Positions 45,613-60,369 of a DNA stretch of 64,000 bases are shown piece by piece (positions within the stretch are counted from its first letter, which is position 1; each line of letters opens with the position of its first letter). The notes under the pieces are model-generated. The model had not been told where the DNA came from and searched no databases. It was given only the letters and a program-made list of their open reading frames with translations. The DNA is from the human T2T-CHM13v2.0 reference genome, Homo sapiens. The position numbers were made by a program, and so were the translations under genes. Location: NCBI RefSeq assembly GCF_009914755.1, contig NC_060927.1. The stretch is one strand, 5' to 3'.

Positions 45613-48600
45613 CCCACCCCGCTATTTTCTGATAGGTCAGGAACAGAACAGATTTTAGGTTTGGCCCTATCACTCTGATGCGCCACACCTAGGAATCTTC
45701 CATTTCCAAGCCCCCATCCCCCTCCCCCAGCAGTTGGAGTTGGGTCCCAGGTTCAGGTGCCCTACCTTGTGTTTTCCTAGTGTGAGTCAGTGGTGACTCC
45801 AGGGACGTGTGTAAGAGAAACCTGGTTCACAAACAACCCTGATTTATTAACATTTCCATTGGTGTATATAAAATATTTATGAGCCTGGCAGTAGCAATTT
45901 AGGAAGCTACAATAACAACACCTTTAGTCTGTGAAACTAGGTTCAGTTAGTGCTGGGGGAAAAAAATGGAGTACTACAATAACCTCGTCCTTTAATGTAG
46001 CCTGTCATCTCCTGCCTGTTAAACAATGTTGATCTTTTTCTCTGTCTCTTCTGGCTTGATTTCATCATTTTCCTCCATCACTTTTCCCAGTGATTAGTTG
46101 AATCAGAGTGATTTTATCATCCTCATCTCCTATTTGAATTACTCTCCACTATGCAATTATCCTATCACAGAAAGTCCTATTTTCTCCCCGTCAGATGTCT
46201 GAAGTAAATGTGAAACCTAAAGTGGCCTGCCCATTACATAACCCCTGTCATCTCATTGGTAATGGACTATATGTAACTTTTTTTTGAGGCTAGCAAGTTA
46301 TAAATAACCTTAGCTTCAGTAATTTCCATTAACATAATGGTGCCATCATTATGGTAGCATTTCTTAACTAATATTTTCTAGTTCTTTTTAATGCCATTGG
46401 TGGTTTAAGTAATTTTTTCACACCCACGCAGAGGCTAGCTATAGGTTATTTGATATGGCCATGCTCCTGCTTGCTTTTGTGTATAGCAGTTGTGCCCAAG
46501 GCACCATCTCTCACCTTCATTGTTCAGACATATTTATGCTACCAAGCCCTCAATTAATATTGCTAAGCAGTTTGTCAAGTTTTAAGTCCCTACGAATGGA
46601 CAAGAAATGGAGTCCATTTGCTTTTAGTTCATTAACATTTCAAGGGAGATATTTCACATGTTGGACATAGAGGAAAGGATATGCACCAGTCCTCTGCCAA
46701 CTGTGGATTCCCATCAGACCATTCCTAAGTGACACCTGGAAATGCTTGTCTGTGTCACAAGTCAGAGCTCATCTATGATATTGATGGAAGGCAAATTTGA
46801 CACCACTCCCCTTTCTTCTGAGTTGCTGATGTTGAGAAATGTACCCTGATTTGAGGGGAGGGAGAAGGCAGAAGGGTTATATTGCATGACCTTGGTTATA
46901 TGGACAGGCTGCCCCCAGCCTTTCCTTTGTCTTTAAAATCCAGCCCTTCAGGGGGAGTAGCACAAACTATCAATCAACTGCAAGCATTATCTGGGGCTCC
47001 AGGGAACTCTGAGCAGGCACAGCCAAATGTGCAGTGGGAAGAGAATCTGTAGGAAGTAACTGCGTAACCACGGACATCTCTGATTGTAAGGATATACTTT
47101 GAGGACCAATTCCATCACAGCCAAGGGGGTGTCATGATCCTGTAATTTTGGTGCGGTACATATAACTGAGATGAGCAGCACAAGAGAAAAGCAGATAAAC
47201 CAGGAAATGACAAAAAGACTTTGGTGAATTTATGATTTTATGCTAATATTCTCTAGGATGGTTTTCTAAAGGTGAATTCCTTCTAGTGGATTTTGCCTTT
47301 GGTTGCACTGAACAGCTCTGCCACTGCCTTCATCACACTGATTTGAGCTGGACTTAGAACCTCCTCTGGTCTTCTCAAGTGTTTCTGGTTTCAGGGCCAG
47401 ACACTGATTCAGAGGACCCTAAATGTCAGCCTATGCAGACTTCAGACCTCCACAAACTTTAACAGGTTTCAGAGCGGGAAGGAGCACTGGGGGGATTATA
47501 GGATAGTATCTGTTGTGGTAGCGTTTCAAGCAAAACATTACAATTAATTAGTTGTATCTAAAAGAATGAACTCTTTTGGGGAATGTGAAGAGATATAAAA
47601 CACAAGTTGTAGCTAGACCTACTCAGTGATGAGCCAATTGTTTTCAAACCTTGGGTAAGATATTTAATAAATTTTGAAAGCACCCTGAAACTCACACCTG
47701 TAAATAAACTTAATGTTGTTTCACTTATTTTTTGATTTACATTGATAAAATGATAAATCAGGCCCTTGAAAAGAGTGTTTTGCTTAAAAATAAATACCTT
47801 TGCTTGTTGGGAAGAGCTAAAGGAGACTAGATTTTATATTAAGTTTTCCCCCCTTCCTATAGTTACCTGCTGTTCATTGTGGAACTGATTCCCATTATAG
47901 CTTTACTGTGGAAAGTAATTGCTGTTGTACAGTAATTCAATTTCAGTGCATTCACGCATCAGTCCACCGATAGGGGTTTATCTGGAGAAACCTGGGACTT
48001 GAAAGCTTTTTATCGAGAAATTCCACATGCAGCAAGACATTTTTCCTAGGAAACGAATATCAGTATTTGCATTTAATAAACATTTACCTTCTCAGAAAAA
48101 TGGATTTTTCTCTCTGCAGAAGAGATTTACGCCAATCTTCCAAAAAGCTAGAGGGTACTATTAAAGCAACTTTCTTGGAATGTTTTTTGACTGGTGCCTG
48201 TCTACATATGTATGACTATAACATACATCAGTGTTTTTATGGGAATATATACAGTGAGGCATGAAAAGCAGGATGCACCCAAGTAAAGCATACTCCATCC
48301 CCAAAATATAAGCTGTATAAGGAATTAATATCTATAGGGACTATATGAATACTTCTGGTTTAAAAACTCATCTGATCTATAGACATTGTGAAAATTGTGT
48401 TTGAGGCATACTTTCAAAAGGATTACATTGGAAATGAAATAATTGATTCCGTTTATCCATTTGTAAGTTAAGGAAAGGTTCTTAAGACAGAACTGATTAT
48501 TTTCTTTACATGTTAAGTCCAAAATGTGGAGGTTTTAGGAACTGAATATAGCCTAACAGTGCCAGGATCACTTTAAGTTCTCAGGCAGTGGAGGTATATA

Positions 48601-50100
48601 TGGCTGTATAGATCTAAAATATTTTTGTTTTCTGTCTTGTTTTCATTTCTGATCTCATCTCAGAATTTCAAAGCTTGTACTTTGAAAGAGCAGTACATTT
48701 GTTTCAGAAAAAAATAATGTTTTCTGTTTTGAGTCACAGATAGAGGGAGGAGACTATTAATTTTTTATGTTGATGTATCTTGTCTATTTGTCCCCTTTTT
48801 TTGGTAAACTGGGTCGCTTGCAAAATCGTACGTATATATGTAAGGAAATTTAGAGCAAAAACCTCAAACCAGAAGAATCTTAAAAAAGAGCAACAATCTG
48901 TATTCACCAGTTTTGATGAGGTCAGTGAACCATCTTTGGTTAATGGCTGAGAACAAAACCACATGGAACTGCGTGGTCCTCGTGGGTTTCACCCCAAATG
49001 GGCCCAGGGTTTCCGCTAACATACTTCAGTTTGAGCCAACCTGAGCCTCACAGCTAAGCCCAGAAGACTGCTGTCCCTCCCACGTTGAGAGGGAACAACT
49101 TGTCCACCCCCTTGGGGGTACATGCTTACCACTAAAGGGAAGGAAGGGGAACCACTGGATGACTTGTATGTGTAATTTCATGTCTTCTCTCCTCAAGCTC
49201 TCAGTTTTCCATCAGCCTCACATCATTGAAGTTGGCTTGACTTGGTGGACTGTATCCTAACTTTCATGCTTATTCTGGGGGTGTTGGCCTGTAGAAAGCA
49301 TTCTTCTTTGTGGGTAGAACCATTGCATCAAACCCTCCTCAACTTCATGGTTATTTATCTCTTTCCCAAATAATTGGACTAAACGCTTTCCATTTGCAAA
49401 GCTTTATGGAAGTCTTAGTTTTGTGTTTTCTATGTCTACTGTAGAAGCACCCATGTGTTTTTTAATGCTTTTTGTTTTTACTGGTTATAAAAGTAATACA
49501 TATTCATCGTGAAAGAAAAAAGAATGTGCAGAAAATGAAAAAGGGGAAAGGAAAGATCACAGCATGAAGAAATAAGTTTCAAACAGTACTTAATGTCTCT
49601 CAATACCTTTTGTTTTTCAGCATCTTAGTTTTTGTCCTTACAGGTTTTTTTTTCTGTTTGTGCATGAGTATATAGATATGTGTGGGTGTATATAAACTTC
49701 TAAAACATTGGATTATTCTTTCTTGTAACAGGCTTTTTAAAAGATTACATGTTGTGGACATGTCAATGAATATAGATTTCTATTATTTTTCATGACTGCT
49801 TTCTGGATGTTCCAATCAAGCAGCTCTCTCTTAGTGAACATTGATGGCATCCGTAGTGTTTCACGGTTATAAGCAATAATATGATAAACTCTCTTGCAAA
49901 GAAACTTTTGTCCATTTATTTGATGCATTTATTAGGATGTATTCCTAGAATTGAAATTAAGGCTTTGGATGTATCTTTCCAGATTGTTCTACAGACAATG
50001 CTATGCCTGCCTATGTTCCCACCTGTGTGGTTGGAGGGGAACTATTTCCGCATTATCCTCTCTAGTATTTGACTATTATTAGTCTTTTGGCCAAGTTTAG

Positions 50101-50431
<331 letters not shown>

Positions 50432-52057
50432 TCAAGTTATTTTCTTTAATTACTCACCGTTTGGCACAGTGGGTCCCTCCGGCTCCTCATCTGTCCTGCA
50501 CCAGGGTTTGAGGAAATTACACCATGTCACACAGAGAGCATGGGCTTGCCAAAACAGAGAGATGGCCCAGGTGCTGATCCCCATCCTCCCACAGAGAGGA
50601 ATGTGGGTGTAGGCACTCTGCTGGACATGCTTGGAGGGGCCCTCCCCTTCTCCTCCCTTTCTGGAGTGTATCATGGGAACAGTCCTGAGGAGGAGGGACA
50701 GGCTAACTAGCACTAAGCTTCCTGACTTTGGGGTGCCAGCTGTTTGGAGGAATCAGCTGGGAGCATCGGCGGCTCAATACCTAGGGACTGTGGTGCCCAG
50801 GGTGTTTCAGCCTCCCCACTACTGTGGGAGAAAGTCAGTAGTTGCAAGAGAATTTGAGCTTGGTGCAGCCCCTCTCACCGGGAAGGGGTCCTGTTCCCAG
50901 ATGGCTCGTTGTCTGAGCACCCAGACTGACCACCAGGGTCACTTTGATTGACTTTTCTGAAAGGTACTGTGTAGTTAAGTTGACCATCTTTTTACATGTG
51001 TATTAGCCATTTCTTCTTCATTTTTATTTTTTATTTTCATACATTGCCTGGTAATACTCTTTCCCCTTGTTTAACTGTACTATTTCTTTTCTTGTCCCAA
51101 CTTGCCTTTACTGTGGCCCCAGTGCCTACTACGGTGCTTCAAACTATAGTTAAGTGCTCAGTAAATGTTTGTGGATTGACTTACAGGCCTTTGTCTTGGG
51201 GTCAGGATAACTTAAAGTGAGGGTGATATGGATGGTATGGGCTACACCCCTTCCCTTTGGCCAGAGAACTCCTGATAAAGGGGAAAAGAAAGTATTAGAG
51301 CTCAACTGCAAAGCAACTGTGGGGTTCATGGACTTTCCAGAATCCTCCACTGTCGGCTCCAAGCGAATGAACCTGACACAGCAATGTGGCACCAAGATGT
51401 TTGTCCCAGTTCTGATTTTTCAGAGTATTATGTTGTTGTTGTTGTTCTACACTAGGCCAGGTAGAAAACAATGCCTCTTAATTTATACTCAGGCCAGGCA
51501 AAAGCAATCTTAAAAGGTTTGTGGGTGGGAGGAAATTATGATGGGTGAATTACTGATGTGTTACCATCAAGAGATCCAAATGACAGAAGAAAGCCATAAT
51601 AATAATAATAATAATGATAATAAAAGACCACTGTCTATAATTTTATAAATTACCAGCAACAAATTAAAGGGTTTCAGAAATATTTTGAATGCATATTTAG
51701 TCTAACTAGCGATGTGTTGGTGGCATTGGTTGTACTTTTTTGGTCTTTACTCAGTTTCCCATATGGAGGTGAGGAGCAGCTGGTCCTGCAAACAGAGTGA
51801 GATTATTTACATTTTCTAAATTAGGTTATGAGGGGGAAAATGAAAAGATAGTTAGGAATTCATTGGCATTTCATTTACACTGCATTCAGTGGAGAGATGA
51901 CAGCCCTTGCGAGTAATCAGAATCTTTGTTAAAAATCAGCTGGGATATCATTTATTGCACATCCCAGGCTTACTGGCAGCCTGAATAGATGAACATGCAA
52001 GGCTTTGTACTATCAGGGGTAAATGTGGATTTTTTGTTCTTGTATGCTTTTTAATTG

Positions 52058-52060
<3 letters not shown>

Positions 52061-52090
<30 letters not shown>
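52061..52090. repeat. (TG)15 microsatellite
   Basis: Uninterrupted TG run. Confidence 0.95.
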
Positions 52091-52092
<2 letters not shown>

Positions 52093-55000
52093 ACTTGGGA
52101 AGGAAAATCAGATCCTTGGGAATATACTTAGAGAGCCTCCCCTCACTGCACCCAGTGACTCTGGAGCATTTCGTGAGTGTGTTTGATGGGATTTATAGAG
52201 AGGAACTTCTCTAGTACCTCTGCAAAGCCCGTGATGGATGTCAGAAAGCAGACTCCTCATCCAGGGTCACGGTTGGAGTTGCTCATAGACAGCCCCACTC
52301 CAGCCAATGAGCAGGAGTCTTCCTACCTCAAGCAGGTGTTTCTGCAGACACTGGAAGACTGCTAACCCTAACCCAGGTTGTGGCCCTGATTTGACTAATG
52401 CAGGAGTTGCCTTAGTAAAAACTCTAGGCTGGGCAAAGATTCAGACTCTTATGACTTTTAACCAGCCATGAATACATGGGTACCAGCTGCACAGAGATGA
52501 TGGAAGCAGCTCCAGTCAGACTGGAGCACAGTCAGACTCATAGGGGAGCAGAGCCCTGCAGGCAGCCTCTTGGCCAGCCAGTGGGTGGCCTCTGTTAGGA
52601 TGCCTTTTGAGCCTGGCAGCCTGTCTCCAAGAGGACTTCCCTTCAAAGGGCTCAGTGGATCCATTCCCTTGATGTGCTGGGAGTCTGTCATTGCAGTCAC
52701 TGTGGCCATGGTCTGGGGATAGTGCATCAGCTTGCTGTGGTCCACACGGGGGAATTAGGGTTGGCCTCTGAGACCAGATTTGGTAGAGATGATTTTTTTT
52801 CTAGGGAGGTATGTTCAGTACACATGTGTTTATAATGGAGGGGATGGGCAGAAGTGTGGGGGTTGGTGGTTGACACATGAGCATTCATTTTCATGGGAAT
52901 TTCGTCATTGGAGATGGGGAAATAAAAAATAATTAATCACATCAGAATTGTAAACCTCTGTCCCCCAGGCCAATCCTGGTTGTAGATACCTTTTACTTGG
53001 TCTGTGTGGGCTTTAAGGGGGAAAAATGAAATCACATATAAAAATATGTAGTGATATTAAAATATCCAGATTTAAATCTTGGAAAATGGAGAAGTGTAGC
53101 CATCCTGGGCCTCCATGTCCATAGAAAAGCAATCAGCATCAGCATGAATGTCTCTATTGGTTGATTTCCATGCAGCTCCGTAGTCGTTTATTTGCTACTC
53201 TGGCCCCAAGGAACATTGAGTTTGCAACCCCTGCATTAGTCAGATTAGGGTTAGTAGAGTCTATGTGTATGTGAAGTAGGCAGCATACTTAGAGCTTCCA
53301 TAATTCCCCCACAGAAAGCCAGCTGGAGTCATTGCCATTGTTTTCATCATTGATATCATCTCTGTTGTCATCATGATCATCACATTACTTAGTGCTTCTT
53401 GCTTGCCAAGACACTATGCTATGCTTTGCATATATTATCTCATTTAAGTGATACTTGTGAAGTTGGATTTAAAAAATTCTTGGCTGGGTGCGGGGGAAAG
53501 ACCATTCAAAGGATTTAAGGTAAGAATGTGCATTATAAGGGGACATGGAATCTTTCTTTTTTAAAGTTCCTGAACTACCAAATGAGACTGAGATTTTCTT
53601 CACCTTTAACATTTGAGGATGTTTAGCTCTTGTTCAGCCCTCACCTATTAAAAGTTCTATTTGTTTTGTTGTCTGTTTTCTCCCAATCTCAAAAAGGTTT
53701 GATTCATGTAAATAATTCCCAGTCTGGTCCCATTCATAGAATCGGCAAATGAAAATCAGAGCTATCCCCTCCCTCCCTCAATCTACCCTGGTCCCCAGCA
53801 TAACTTTCCTGTAGCATGGACTGAGACAGTATTGGTCACGTGGAGAAGGGGATGAAAAATGCTCAAAGTGGCTACATTTGAATATGTGGCACTTATCTCT
53901 CTGCGCAGGCACCTTATAGAAAAAATAATTCATTAAACTTCGTTCTAGAAAGAAAGAGCATTAAGCCTTCATCAACAACAACACAAAGAGCTCACCATGG
54001 CAGGAACGGGACAATAAAGGGGTTATTTTAGCAGAATTAACAGGAAGAAATTAGCCCCATGTATCCTTCCTTTTTATCACAGTGTGGTGCATTTACATAT
54101 TTTGAAATTTCACATTTGCATAGTCAATGATTTTAAATTATATTCTCACATCTCCTCTCTGATGTTTGTCATGTGTACAACTTGTCTTAATAACTGAGTT
54201 GTTAGCATTTAAAAAGCAGTTATCTAATTATTGGCACAACCTTGAAACATAGCACCCAGCCACCCTTGCAATTTTTAAGCAGCTTTACTGAGATATAATT
54301 CACATATGTATAGGACACGTGAGCATGCATGTGTATTTACTTATATGCCACTTTGAAACACATCCAATGTGTAAATCAAGTTCAGGTTCTCTGATTTATC
54401 TGGTAACCACAGCTGAGAATTGGACTGGGGAGTGATGCTTTGAACTAATGCCTGTCGGGAGTGGGATGAAGTGCTTATTCTTTGAGAATTCCTGTCATTT
54501 CAAAGAGGAGAAAATAAAAGCTTGAGAGTAGAGGTGCAATTTTTGTGTCTTCTTTTCCTGTCCTGAGCTACCTTCATTCGTCCAAGGCCTGTGTGTGGGT
54601 GGGGAAGCATGCTCACCTCACCTGCCCCATCTTTCCTTGACCACCTGTCTGCTTTGTGGGCTATAAGTTATATCAGCCTGGGGTCTTTGGGTTGGCTACT
54701 GTTAAGATCTAGATTTATAGCGGGCTCCCTCCCCACATGGAGTTTATGTGCTATTAGGGGAGACAGGAAGGCTTTGAAATCGGGAGTCCTGGCCGTGCCA
54801 CCCAGGGAACCCAGGGAGTGAAGCCAAACATACACCAGGTCCTGGGAGGTGGCAGAACCAGAAGGAACAGCACATGTGAAGCTGGAGAGGAAGTAGAATG
54901 TGGGACCAGTTGAAGGCATTGAGAAGAGGATAGAGTGGAGAGAGGGTTTGGAGAGGAGAGAGCAAGACAAGGGGTTTTTTTTTCCTGCTGTGAGGGGCAT

Positions 55001-55924
55001 GGTGTGGTGGAATAGAGGTGGTCGATTCATGTGTTTATTTCAATGTCTTCCTCACCACCTCCCAGGCCAGTGGTTGGTCCATTTTACTCTGCTCCCCAAT
55101 TTTCTCCCAGCGCTTCACACACCTGGCTTGGTGGGTGCTAGGCATTCACTGGAAGAGTTCGGGTGTCATTTTAAGAATACAGGAAGTTGCGGCAGGGTTT
55201 GCATTTCTGTGTCTGCACTGCTCATTGGCCGCCTCCCTTTCCCTTTGTGTCTAGGGAAAAGCTGCCATGTTCCCCACTTTTCTCTGGGTATTGATGTATA
55301 TGCACCTGCCCACCCTTAGAAAGTATGTTGCCTTCTCAGTGATCAGAGGCTGTGGTGCCCTGAGATGGCTCCTTTGTTGCCTGTTCCTCTCTTCCAGCCA
55401 AATGCGCTCTGGAGACTGGAGAGCACAAATCTTTTGTACAGCCCACCGAGAGTGAAGCCCCCGGGGCAGCACTCAGGGGGAGGGAGCTGGGAAGTGCAGC
55501 CGCCTCTATTGTGCTGGGAGAAAGCCCGAGAAGCCTGTGTTTAAGGGAAGCAAAGAGCCTGCTTTTTAATTTTCAGCTACATTTAGCAGATGGACCAGTT
55601 CAGGATTGTCCTGTTTAGGGAATCTCCCCCAACATTTGGACAATTCATGGGTGGAGGGAACCTCGTAGGAGCCAGCCCAAAGGGGAACGTCACCTGTTAG
55701 TTCTCCGAGCTTGTGTCCCATTGGGTCTCACCTCTCTGAGGCAGTTATAAGGAGACAATGCATAATTTGCTCACTTTCAGCAATGGCTGTGGTTCTCCAA
55801 GCACGCTCCCTTAACCTGCTTCATTGGCCCCAGCAATTTAAGAAGGTCAGCCTTGGGAATTACTTCCTCTTGTAGAAGTGGAAGTGCAGGGACTTTGCCC
55901 CTGTCATTTGTTTTATGTGTAGAC

Positions 55925-56206
<282 letters not shown>

Positions 56207-56300
56207 TATTTTGTATGCAGACTTTGATGCACTTAGATGTTCAGTCATCTCTTGGGAAACAGGTTCACTTTGGAAGGGAGTGAACTGGGCTTTGGAGCTA

Positions 56301-56377
56301 GTGAGACCTGAGGTTAGCCATTATCCACTGACAGTGAGATCTGAGGTTAGCCATTATCTACTGACAGTGAGACCTGA
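56301..56377. repeat. 33-bp tandem repeat, 2.3 copies, inside a MIR relic
   Basis: gtgagacctgaggttagccattatccactgaca / gtgagatctgaggttagccattatctactgaca / gtgagacctga. Confidence 0.92.
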
Positions 56378-57034
56378 ACCTCCCTGAGTCTCAGTTTTCT
56401 TGTCTGTGAAATGGACGTGTTCTCATGTGGCAGGGATTGTGACTCTCTGGATATGGCAAGAATGGATTTGAGGCTGGTTCCCTCAGACTAGCCCCAAGCC
56501 CAGGTCACACGCTCCCTCCTTGAGATGGAAGCAATCACACGAGTGACCTCAAAACTAACATGAGGATCAAATGAGCAAACATGGGTCTGGCATGAGCCCA
56601 TGGGTTACATGGCGAACACTTTGTAAATGGTCATTTATTTTTATTTGTATATGTAAATAGTACCTTTTACAACCAGCATAGCAGAAGCAGGCTCTGGTTT
56701 GGGCACCAAACTCACTCAGCTCAGATCCTGTCCTAGTCATTTAATAGCTGAATAATCTTGCCCGATTTACTTAAACTCCCTAAGCTTTGGGAACCTTAAC
56801 TGTAAGATGAGGGTTAGAATACCTACTTAATGGAGTTATTTTGAGGGTCAAATGAGAACATTGATGTAAAGTGTTTTAGCCCAGTGCCTGGCACATAGTT
56901 CTACTTCCTAAAGACTAGTTACTATTATTCTTGGTCTAATTATTAATATAATCATACAGAAAGTATGGATATGATAGAACACTTAATAGGAATATTTGAA
57001 GAGGTTTTAAAAATTCAGCTATGGCAAATGCTAC

Positions 57035-57903
57035 TATTGCAGGACAGGGGTCCCAATCCAGACCCCAAGAGAGGGTTCTTAGATCTTGCTCAAGGAAGAA
57101 TTCAGGGCGAGTCCATAAAGTAAAGTGAAAGCAAGTTTATTAAGAAAGTAAAGGAATAAAGAATGGCTACTCCATAGGCAGAGCAGCTCTGAGGGCTGCT
57201 GGTTGCTCATTTTTTTGTTATTTCTTGACGATATGCTAAACAAGAGGTGGATTATTCATGCTTTCCCTTTTTAGACCATATAGGGTAACTTCCTGACATT
57301 GCCATGGCATTTGTAAACTGTCATGGTGCTGGTGGGATTGTAGCAGTGAAGACGACCAGAGGTCACTCTCGTTGCCGTTTTGGTTTTGGTGGGTTTTGGC
57401 CAGCTTCTTTACTGCCACCTGTTTTATCAGCAAGGTCTTTATGACCTGTATCTTGTGCCGACCTCCTGTCTCATCCTGTGACTTAGAATGCCTGACTGTC
57501 TAGAAATGCAGCCCAGTAGGTCTCAGCCTTATTTTACCCAGCCCCTATTTAAGATGGAGTTGCGGCCAGGCGCAGTGGCTCATGCCTGTAATCCCAGCAC
57601 TTTTGGGAGGCTGAGGCGGGCGGATCATGAGGTCAGGAGATCTAGACCATCCTGGCCAGAATGGTGAAACCTGTCTCTACTAAAATAACAAAAAATTAAC
57701 CAGCTGTGGTGGTGCATGTTTGTAGTCACAGCTACTCAGGAGGCTGAGGCAGGGGAATCGCTTGAACCTGGGAGGCGGAGTTTGCAGTGAGCTGAGATCG
57801 CGCCACTGTACTACATAGCCTGGCGACAGAGGAAGACTCCGTCTCAAAAAAAAAAAAAAAAAAAAAAAAAGATGGAGTTTTTCTGGTTCCAATGCTTCCA
57901 ACA
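57035..57903 (-). mobile_element. Solo ERV1 LTR, MER41A-like, interrupted by an AluSc
   Basis: aggggtcccaatccagaccccaagagagggttctt...aagatggagtt..tctggttccaatgcttccaaca. 4-bp TSD ctac at 57031-57034 / 57904-57907. About 550 bp without the Alu. Confidence 0.9.
57564..57868 (+). mobile_element. AluSc-like, nested in MER41
   Basis: gatcatgaggtcaggagatc..gaccatcctggcca and agcctggcgacagag. TSD aagatggagtt at 57551-57561 / 57869-57879. Confidence 0.92.
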
Positions 57904-58899
57904 CTACTATATCTCAGGGAGGTAACCTAGAAGAAACTCTGCCTCCTCAGAATCCCAGGAGACTTGTCTGCAGGGCGGCCCCAGTGGGTTATGGAGAGCT
58001 CCCATCTGTATAGTCTTCTTACGCATGGACGCCCTCCTGCTCTGCACAGCCTGACTTCCTCAGCTGGGCAGGGTCCCTGACACGGACAAGGAGAGGAAAG
58101 TGAAGGTGAAACAGGCTCTGCATTGCAGTGTCTTCCTTGGGCACAGAGGGAGGGGCTTCAAGGCTCTGCTTGGTCCTCTCATTGCTCTTGCTTGTTTGAG
58201 AGAGGGAGAAGCTGCAGGTTAAACAGAATGTTTAGAGAGGAAAACTAGATTGGCAGCCTGAGCTCATTGGCCCCAGCCTATCAGTGGAATGCAGGATGGT
58301 GTCCAGTGTGAATGAGCATCAGGCCGGTCCTTAATGGAGTGATGTACCTGTGGGAGCCCAAGGGTCACACGCTCATAGCTGTCTAATAATTTTAATAGTT
58401 ACATGAAATTTACATTATAACAAATATAACTTCCTTTTAAAGTGGAAGTTATATGTTATGTACGTTGATTCAAAGAAACATATTAAGTAAAGGTGAGGTG
58501 AGAAGGCCAGTTGCAGCCTGGTTTTTGAAGGCAGCTAGAGACTCCCTAGAACCCATCATTAGGGAAAGGGACAGTTCAGATGTGCTGGATGTGGTAGCAA
58601 AAGCAGTGATCACATAGCAACCCACACTGATCTTGAGCGAAACAATGCATAAGAAATAGCATAAGATTTATAGTACAGTAGCATCTATATAAATTAAAAG
58701 TATATAAAACACCCATATGCATTTTCTATAAACACATGCCCCATTAAGGAGTCCATTGAATCCATTAGAGTGGGTGCAAGTGGGGGAGGGAATAAGAGTA
58801 GAGGTCAGGGCTGAAGGAGATATAAATCAAGATGGGGCCTTGCATGGACCAGTGATGATGATGTGCTAAGAGTATGAATAGCTCAAGTTTCTGTATATA

Positions 58900-58947
58900 C
58901 ACAGACATAGAACGAGACATAGACAGACAGACAGACAGACAGACAGA
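58900..58947. repeat. (GACA)n low-complexity repeat
   Basis: agacagacagacagacagacagacaga. Confidence 0.85.
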
Positions 58948-60303
58948 AATCCGCACACACAGTGGTAGGCAGATACGGCAAATGGTGATGGTGGTATGCT
59001 GATGTCTGAGGTTGGAGCAGTAGTGCAAAGGTGGAAAGATAACATTTACAGTGAACTTTTCTTAACTGCTTTCCTTGTACCTGGCTTCCCACCTTGTGCC
59101 TAAGACACATCTTTGCATTCCATTTTCTCAACAACCTCATGAGGTAGGTGGTATTATTACCTCCTTTTGACAGATGAGGAAACTGAGCAGGTCCAGCGTC
59201 CCAGAGGGAAAGCTTGGCAGAGCAGATGCAGGTCCAGTATGTCCAACTCCAGAGTCCAGATCCATCAGTGACATTGCTGCACAGCCTTCTTTGTCTTAGA
59301 ATTCCTTTAAAATGGATGCACTTTTAACATCCTTATTAATACCTGCATTGCTTAAGTTCTGCTGTCTCTGCATTAGTGGAAAACTGAGTTGTCCCACAGT
59401 AGTTGTAGGCCCTATTGAGAAGACTAGACTGGTCCTTTTCCAGTGGAGGGGGATTTATTGATGCCATCCCTTTGCCACTCCTGATACTTGATTTCATGCC
59501 TCTAAAGTTCCATGTCTTTTCGCTTCCTTTCTTTCCGCCATTCCCTCCTCCTCCCCGTTAATAAGCCAGCCAGTCAAATAGCCTCATTTCAAACAGCATC
59601 TTCACCCTCCTTTCTTCCAATAGGTGGCTATATAACATTGGCATTCCATGTATATGTCTTCAAAGTGATTTATCAGAAAGATGCACAACTCCACGGGAGG
59701 TGGCTAAGTCACCTGGAATGCTTTATAGGTTATTTCATTGTCCACAGGGGTAGATCAAGCCATGGACACCCCTTTTTGGTTATTAAGACACAGGCTGCCA
59801 CTTGCATCCAAAACGTTTGGGTGCCTTAAGTGAGTGCCTCACTTGTCTGGCTCGATGGCTGTTGGCAGGGCTGTGTGAGTGCTCCCCGAGGACAGACAAC
59901 ACCAGTAAATCTTAATCACTATGGAGCACTATAGAAGAAGTAAACAGTTCTGAAACTGTGCTATAAATTGTCATCCAGTGATGATTCTGTTTTATTATGG
60001 AGGTTAAATTACAGCAATCACTGGCGCACAAAGGCGCTGCAGTAAGAAAACATTTGGGAACAATGTTTTTCTCCTATGGCTTGGGTGATGGGTGCACAGG
60101 AATAAAACACCATAACTTGTTTACCGTGGGCCACAAAGGAAAATATGAACTCTAACCCACTGCCACATGTGTGCTCTTTTTCTTTTCTGAACCAGGCAGG
60201 TTGTGAGCATGTTGCTGTTGCCACAGGAAAAGGTGATAGATACACTTGACTTGAAAACAGCTTTCAGCTGTGTTTTTCTTCTTTTTATAGCTCTCTTCAT
60301 CTC

Positions 60304-60310
<7 letters not shown>

Positions 60311-60366
<56 letters not shown>
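60311..60366. repeat. (TG)28 microsatellite
   Basis: Uninterrupted TG run. Confidence 0.97.

Positions 60367-60369
<3 letters not shown>

Noticed and set aside
57240-57300. MER41 as an interferon-gamma/STAT1-inducible enhancer
   Set aside because: The minus strand reads ggtctaaaaagggaaagcatgaataatcc. The tandem GAS (TTCnnnGAA) block of MER41B is absent here, which is the MER41A-type configuration.
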